Source: an uncultured SAR86 cluster bacterium
Lineage (GTDB): Bacteria; Pseudomonadota; Gammaproteobacteria; Magnimaribacterales; AG-339-G14
Reading direction: 5' to 3'
Length of the DNA stretch: 64,000 nucleotides
Assembly: GCA_902594855.1 (NCBI GenBank)
Contig: CACJNS010000001.1
Location: 104,696-168,695, forward strand
The translations under genes and the position numbers were made by a program. The notes under the pieces are model-generated. The model was not told where the DNA came from, did not search any database, and worked only from the letters and a program-made list of their open reading frames with translations. Shown one piece after another: positions 59,097 through 64,000 of this stretch. Position 1 is the first letter of the stretch. Every line of letters begins with the position of its first letter.

Positions 59097-59962
59097 TTGA
59101 ATTCACTTAAAAAACTTTCTCTGGATTCATCATTCTTTATTATCCACATGCATTCTTGGAAATTTCCTTTTCTTATAACATCTGCAAGTTTAGGCAAGAA
59201 ACTATTTTGAACTATATTATTTGGAGGCAAGTTTTTTTCTTCGGCTTGAAGTTCTCTCCAGATAAAAATTTTTTCATCAAGGTTCGATAAATTTTTTTGA
59301 TTCTTTCTCAACCTTCTTAATCTGGATATAAAAAATCTTTCTTCACCATTTTCTTTTTCTTTTTTAATTGTCTTATATAAGTCCTCTTTAAGCCCCTTTT
59401 TTTCAATTATAGAAGACTGTATTTTCATGATATTTATAAGAAACCTCACATCATTTGCTGCATATAAAATTTGACCTTGATCCAGAGGTCTCTTACTCCA
59501 ATCTGAATTTGTCTCTTTTTTTGAAATCTCTCTTAAATAATACTTCTTTATCAATGCTTTATAGCTTATTTGATTGATATCATCTGATTCAATTATGTTT
59601 TCTGCAATTTGTGTGTCAAAAACATTATTTACTTGGATATTTAAGCAATGTTTTAGAACAGAAATATCACTTCTAATGGAATGGAAAATTTTTTTTACAT
59701 CTTTTCTTTCAAATAAAATTTTCAAATTTTCTAAATTAAATTTTTTATACATATCGAAAATATAAATATTTTCTTTATCTGCTATTTGAATAAGACTTAA
59801 TTCTGGATAATAAGTTTTTCTCCAAATAAATTCGGTATCTACAGCAATTTCTGATGATTTTGATAGTAAACCTATAGCCGCATCAAGATTATCGTCTGAC
59901 TCGATTAATCTTATCTTTTTAGAATCAAAAAGTGAGGAGATGTAGTTATAAAATTTATTCAA
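59093..59962 (-). CDS. rnd: Ribonuclease D-like 3'-5' exonuclease (short, one HRDC)
   Basis: AVDTEF, LSLIQIA, HSIRSDISVL, and YAANDVRFL (DEDDy motifs). Confidence 0.75.
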   Translation of the reverse strand: MNKFYNYISSLFDSKKIRLIESDDNLDAAIGLLSKSSEIAVDTEFIWRKTYYPELSLIQIADKENIYIFDMYKKFNLENLKILFERKDVKKIFHSIRSDISVLKHCLNIQVNNVFDTQIAENIIESDDINQISYKALIKKYYLREISKKETNSDWSKRPLDQGQILYAANDVRFLINIMKIQSSIIEKKGLKEDLYKTIKKEKENGEERFFISRLRRLRKNQKNLSNLDEKIFIWRELQAEEKNLPPNNIVQNSFLPKLADVIRKGNFQECMWIIKNDESRESFLSEFK

Positions 59963-60848
59963 GAATTTCTCTAGTTAAATTTTTTAAAATATCTCCTAAT
60001 TTATTATCTTTATATGCAAAGGAAATAAAAGCTTCAAAATAACCTACCTTATCTCCGCAATCAAAATACTGTCCCTTGCTGGTAATTGCATGAATCTCAT
60101 GTTTAGCATCGATTAGATCTTGCATTGCATCTGTAAGTTCAATTTCCTTAGATTTCCCTGAAGGTTTATCAGGAATATGATCAAAGATATCTGCAGTAAA
60201 AATATACCTTCCAACTGAGGCCAAATTAGAAGGAGCCTCATTTTTAGATGGTTTTTCAATAATTTTTTCAACTATAATAAATTTGTCTGATATTTCTTTT
60301 GGCTTAATTATTCCAAATTTATTTACATCTGATTGAGGCACTTCAGAGACTAAAAAGCAATTTTTTTTATTCTTAAGAAAATGCTTTTTCAATTTTGCAA
60401 GATTATCTTCTTCTTGATTGCAGTTGTATTTATCAAGAACTCTGTCTGGCAAAACCACGGCGAAAGGTTTTTTACCTACTATTGTACTTGCACATTTTAT
60501 AGCATGACCTAATCCTAAAGCTTCTCCTTGCCTTACATACAACAGGTCAATCTCTTTGTCGGAAATATTCTTTATTTCTTTTAGCTGAGATCTTTTTATT
60601 CTTTTTTCTAGAGTAGCCTCTAATTCAAAACTCTTATCAAAATGATTACCAATAGCATTTTTACTGGAATGAGTGATGAAAATTATCTTTGAAAAACCAG
60701 CACTCTTAATCTCCTCAACCACATGTTGAATAACTGGTGTATCAAAAATTGGAAGCATTTCTTTAGGAATTGATTTTGTTGCAGGAAGCATTCTAGTACC
60801 CAAGCCTGCAATAGGAACTACAGCATATTCTAAATTTTTATCTATCAA
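59955..60848 (-). CDS. galU: UTP--glucose-1-phosphate uridylyltransferase
   Basis: VVPIAGLGTRMLPATKSIPKEMLPI and VEKP. Confidence 0.9.
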   Translation of the reverse strand: MIDKNLEYAVVPIAGLGTRMLPATKSIPKEMLPIFDTPVIQHVVEEIKSAGFSKIIFITHSSKNAIGNHFDKSFELEATLEKRIKRSQLKEIKNISDKEIDLLYVRQGEALGLGHAIKCASTIVGKKPFAVVLPDRVLDKYNCNQEEDNLAKLKKHFLKNKKNCFLVSEVPQSDVNKFGIIKPKEISDKFIIVEKIIEKPSKNEAPSNLASVGRYIFTADIFDHIPDKPSGKSKEIELTDAMQDLIDAKHEIHAITSKGQYFDCGDKVGYFEAFISFAYKDNKLGDILKNLTREILE

Positions 60849-62030
60849 TTAATTTTCCCCAAAGATATCTCTAGTAAAAATTTTTACATCACTTTTTTTC
60901 AGCTTATCATCAGTCCTATTTGCAATTACTATGTCGCAACTTTTTATAAAATCCTCATAATTGTTTTTAATTTCAATATCCATATAAGATTTATCTTTTA
61001 TCAATGGTTCATAAATGTAAACCTTGATTTTAGTTTTTAAGATTTTTTTTAGAATTTCTATTACAGCTGCTTCTTTAAAATTGTCAGATGCTGATTTCAT
61101 TTGCAGCCTATAAATTCCTACTGAACTAGGCTTTAAATCAATAATTTTTTTAGATATGAATTCAAATCTTGCTTGATTTGATTTATCAATGGATTTTATT
61201 AGGTAGCTTGAATCAGAATTTAGTTGTGAAGAAAGTTGCTTTAAATCCTTAGGAAGACAATAACCACCAAACCCAAAAGATGGATTATTGTAATAATTAC
61301 CTATTCTTGGATCAGAAGAAATTCCTTCTATTATTCGCTTCATTTCAAGGCCTTTTTCAAAACTAAAACTATCTAGCTCATTAAAAAAAGCCACTCTCAT
61401 TGCTAGATAAGAATTTGAGAATAACTTCACAAGCTCAGCTTCGCTAGATTCCATTTCTATAAGAGGAGGATTATTTTTAGAGAGCGAACATAAAAATTTA
61501 ATCAAATTCTTCCTATGTTTTTTTGATCCCCCAATTATTATTCTTGAGGGATTTAAATTATCTTCTAATGCCATACCCTCTCTTAAGAATTCTGGAGAAA
61601 AAAGGATATTTGAAGATTGAAATTTTTTATTTTGAAGATCTGTAAATCCTACCGGAACTGTAGATTTGATTAATATTGGAATTTTATTATTTAAGTTTTT
61701 TATTCTTTTGATCTCTTTTTCTAAAATGGAGGTATCGAAACCTTTTTTATGGTCTTGATAATTTGTTGGTAAACATAAAATACATAAATCACAATCTTTC
61801 AATGTGATTTTTCTGTTTATTTTAGGAAAAATATTTTTTTTATTACTTTTTAAAGTTTTTTGAAATAGTTCATCTTTGATAGGAGATATGTTTGCTTTTA
61901 ATAAATTAATTCTTTCTATATCAATATCATATAAATCAACTTCATATTTGTTGCTAATTGTCCCTGCAAGAGCGCAGCCTACGTAACCTGCCCCAAAAAT
62001 TGAAACTTTTTTTATCTTATTTTCTTTCAT
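60849..62030 (-). CDS. ugd: UDP-glucose 6-dehydrogenase (Ugd type)
   Basis: IFGAGYVGCA, FSPEFLREGMALEDNLNPSRIIIG, and GFGGYCLPKD. Confidence 0.85.
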   Translation of the reverse strand: MKENKIKKVSIFGAGYVGCALAGTISNKYEVDLYDIDIERINLLKANISPIKDELFQKTLKSNKKNIFPKINRKITLKDCDLCILCLPTNYQDHKKGFDTSILEKEIKRIKNLNNKIPILIKSTVPVGFTDLQNKKFQSSNILFSPEFLREGMALEDNLNPSRIIIGGSKKHRKNLIKFLCSLSKNNPPLIEMESSEAELVKLFSNSYLAMRVAFFNELDSFSFEKGLEMKRIIEGISSDPRIGNYYNNPSFGFGGYCLPKDLKQLSSQLNSDSSYLIKSIDKSNQARFEFISKKIIDLKPSSVGIYRLQMKSASDNFKEAAVIEILKKILKTKIKVYIYEPLIKDKSYMDIEIKNNYEDFIKSCDIVIANRTDDKLKKSDVKIFTRDIFGEN

Positions 62031-62964
62031 TAAGTTTAGATAATAAATTTAGATTCATTTTCAATTTATTTAAATCATTTAGATATTGTTTATTTGTACA
62101 TGAATTAAAATATTTAAACATTTCTTTGAATTGATTTTCTGGATCGAATTTTATTGTTGAGATAAGTTCATAGTTCCTAATAATTTTAATATCTATTTCT
62201 CTGCCCTTAGGTTTAGAGAAAAACATTTCAGCGAGTAAGTGAGCATCCTCAAACCAAAATTCTGCCTGATTTTTATATGCCGCTCCGAAAAACCAATTAA
62301 GCTCGATTATGAAATTATCGTATTTCAGAAGAATAATGCCAGATGTGTCTACTTCAAAACTCTTTTCATAGAAACTGTCAGCAGATAAAACTTCATATTG
62401 GAGACCAAATAATTCATGAGCAGCTGAGATTACATAAATACCAGCATCAAATTTTGCCCCGCCTTTTAAACTTTTTTTATATCTAATATTATTTTTATTT
62501 AAATGAGGGAATCCAAATGAAAAACTTGCTTTTTTTAGACCGCCATAAGTATCGTTTTTCAATATTTCTTTTATTTTTTTAAACTGTGAATGATGTTTAT
62601 ACATCATGCCTTCATGGAGGAGTAAGCCATGCTTTTTACTCGAAGATATAGATTCATTTGCTTCATATAAATCAACGAACATTGGTTTCTCAACGATTAC
62701 AGATTTCTTTGCGTTTATGGCCTTAGAAATCTGATCATGATGGATGCTATTAGGGCTTGAAATATAAACAAATTCTGAATCTAAATCTAAAAAAAGCTCT
62801 TCTTCTTTCAAATATTTTTTGCATTTAAGACTATTGCTGAATTCTTCATTTAAAATTTCGTTTCTTGTGAAAACTCCTATAGGTTCTATAAAGTCACACT
62901 CAAGAACTGAATTTAAAATATTTTTTTTAAAGTGATTTCCAAGGGATAAAAAAGATATTTTCAT
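62017..62964 (-). CDS. Gfo/Idh/MocA-family oxidoreductase (candidate sugar 3-ketoreductase)
   Basis: The VIVEKPM motif and the size. The functional guess comes from context with the 2,3-dehydratase gene. Confidence 0.65.
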   Translation of the reverse strand: MKISFLSLGNHFKKNILNSVLECDFIEPIGVFTRNEILNEEFSNSLKCKKYLKEEELFLDLDSEFVYISSPNSIHHDQISKAINAKKSVIVEKPMFVDLYEANESISSSKKHGLLLHEGMMYKHHSQFKKIKEILKNDTYGGLKKASFSFGFPHLNKNNIRYKKSLKGGAKFDAGIYVISAAHELFGLQYEVLSADSFYEKSFEVDTSGIILLKYDNFIIELNWFFGAAYKNQAEFWFEDAHLLAEMFFSKPKGREIDIKIIRNYELISTIKFDPENQFKEMFKYFNSCTNKQYLNDLNKLKMNLNLLSKLNERK

Positions 62965-62971
62965 TTTGTGA

Positions 62972-63766
62972 TTAAAGACTTGAAATAATGCTTCTTATGT
63001 GAGGATTAATCCATGAATTTTCCTTAATAAGTTCCTTTATTTGAAACAATGAAATAAACCTAAAATTTTCTTTTATATCTATTTCAAAGTTTTCATCCAA
63101 TTCTAAAAGCACACCTAGATTTCTTTTTAAGTGAAGCCTACCTCCATCCTCAGACATCCACTGACAAAAATGAATTTTTTCATTGTTTGAAACTGAAAAA
63201 TCTGATTTTGCAAATTTTTCAAAGAAATCAGAATAATTAGGTTTCCTTCCTTCGTGTGCCATCTTTAGGTTGGAGAATGTGGCTTGAAGAGTAGGACTAA
63301 TTTGAATTCCATCTGGATTGCCTGGTTCAGCCTTTGCTTCAATTAGATAGTGAGGCACTCCTTTTATTTTCTTCCTTATCAATCCTAATATGCCTCCATT
63401 GAATCCTACTTGGGTAATCATTGGCTGATACCATCCTTTACCTCCAACTTCCCTAGAACTCGCTGATGATATCTTTAAGCCCTGCAAGAAAAAAAATTCG
63501 CCAGAGGAATGAGAAAAATATCCCTTTTCATCAAATTTCCATTCAAGACAATCCTTGAGAGGAATGTCTTCTAGTTTAAGAGTTAATTTTTTTTGCTTTT
63601 TTTCGAACCAAATTTTTAGGTCATTAATGTCGCCCGTTAAAGACCAATCTTTTAAAGATTCTACAAATATTTCTGATTTAAATTTTAAATATTCTGATCG
63701 TTTCTCATTTTCTTCAAGCTTAATTGATTCCTTTATCTTGAAAACAAGATCATTAAATTCCATCAT
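62972..63766 (-). CDS. NDP-hexose 2,3-dehydratase (EvaA/TylX3 family), single-domain 264-aa form
   Basis: WYQPMITQVGFNGGILGLIRKKIKGVPHYLIEAKAEPGNPDGIQISPTLQATFSN closely matches the Hexose_dehydrat core as I remember it. Confidence 0.7.
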   Translation of the reverse strand: MMEFNDLVFKIKESIKLEENEKRSEYLKFKSEIFVESLKDWSLTGDINDLKIWFEKKQKKLTLKLEDIPLKDCLEWKFDEKGYFSHSSGEFFFLQGLKISSASSREVGGKGWYQPMITQVGFNGGILGLIRKKIKGVPHYLIEAKAEPGNPDGIQISPTLQATFSNLKMAHEGRKPNYSDFFEKFAKSDFSVSNNEKIHFCQWMSEDGGRLHLKRNLGVLLELDENFEIDIKENFRFISLFQIKELIKENSWINPHIRSIISSL

Positions 63767-64000
63767 AAAATTCTTCTATTACTGAACAAACGTATTTTAC
63801 ATCTTTTAATTTCATATTATTGTGAAACGGAAGCCTAACTACTCTTTCAGAATATTTATTTGTTATTGGTAAATCTTTTTTAAAATTTCCCAATCTCGAC
63901 CCCATTGGTGATGAATGTAATGGTATGTAGCCAATATAACTTGAAATTTTTCTTTCTTCTAAGAAATTTCTCAACAGTAAATTTTGATGCGAATTCTTCG
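63753..64000 (-). CDS. DegT/DnrJ/EryC1/StrS-family sugar aminotransferase, C-terminal part; the gene runs off the right edge
   Basis: GYIPLHSSPMG...RVVRLPFHNNM is a typical C-terminus. The frame stays open to the window edge; the track start is an internal TTG. Confidence 0.7.
   Translation of the reverse strand, partial: KNSHQNLLLRNFLEERKISSYIGYIPLHSSPMGSRLGNFKKDLPITNKYSERVVRLPFHNNMKLKDVKYVCSVIEEFYDGI

Noticed and set aside
1-64000. CRISPR arrays, rRNA, transposases, toxin-antitoxin or known defence systems
   Set aside because: I saw no regularly spaced direct repeats, no rRNA-like GC-rich blocks, and no ORF with transposase, integrase, nuclease-NTPase or TA hallmarks.

Overview
The window is AT-rich (about 30-35% GC by eye, not computed) and very tightly packed: roughly 70 protein genes and one tRNA, mostly on the minus strand. 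Many neighbouring genes overlap by 1-23 nt. The gene content points to a streamlined marine gammaproteobacterium, possibly SAR86-like; this is inference from the thrS-infC-rpmI-rplT-pheS-pheT-ihfA string, djlA, guaBA and the low GC.

Layout:
- 1-16.4 kb: a catabolic block with two family III CoA-transferases, an orphan acyl-CoA carboxyltransferase, amidase, VOC, crotonase, cupin, an AGAO-type copper amine oxidase, FAD monooxygenase, a SnoaL-like protein and two GSTs.
- 16.4-29 kb: mixed housekeeping and accessory genes, including GH13 alpha-glucosidase, apt, OYE, a DUF305+LVIVD lipoprotein and guaBA.
- 29.1-33.6 kb: a five-gene sugar-modification operon.
- 33.8-44.7 kb: MFS transporter, PCD, fumarase-like gene, aldolase, WecA-like transferase, PAP2, acyl-CoA dehydrogenase, photolyase and others.
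- 44.7-48.2 kb: tRNA-Pro(GGG), then an uncharacterised pair of a Gly/Ser-linker lipoprotein and a 1028-aa secreted protein.
- 48.2-54.8 kb: the merR-ihfA-pheTS-rplT-rpmI-infC-thrS string.
- 54.9-59.1 kb: pdxH, DoxX, djlA and a DUF35/thiolase pair.
- 59.1-64 kb: rnd, then a second nucleotide-sugar cluster (galU, ugd, Gfo/Idh/MocA, a half-size EvaA-like 2,3-dehydratase, DegT).

I found no rRNA, CRISPR array, integrase, transposase, phage gene or recognisable defence or toxin-antitoxin gene.

The best candidate for something undescribed is the lipoprotein + 1028-aa exoprotein module next to a tRNA that sits 6 nt from the protein genes on both sides. Secondary candidates are the cytoplasmic copper amine oxidase coupled to an ICMT-like membrane protein, the half-size 2,3-dehydratase cluster, the DUF305-LVIVD fusion and a structured 195-nt spacer.

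All calls rest on motif and family recognition by eye. No database search was run.
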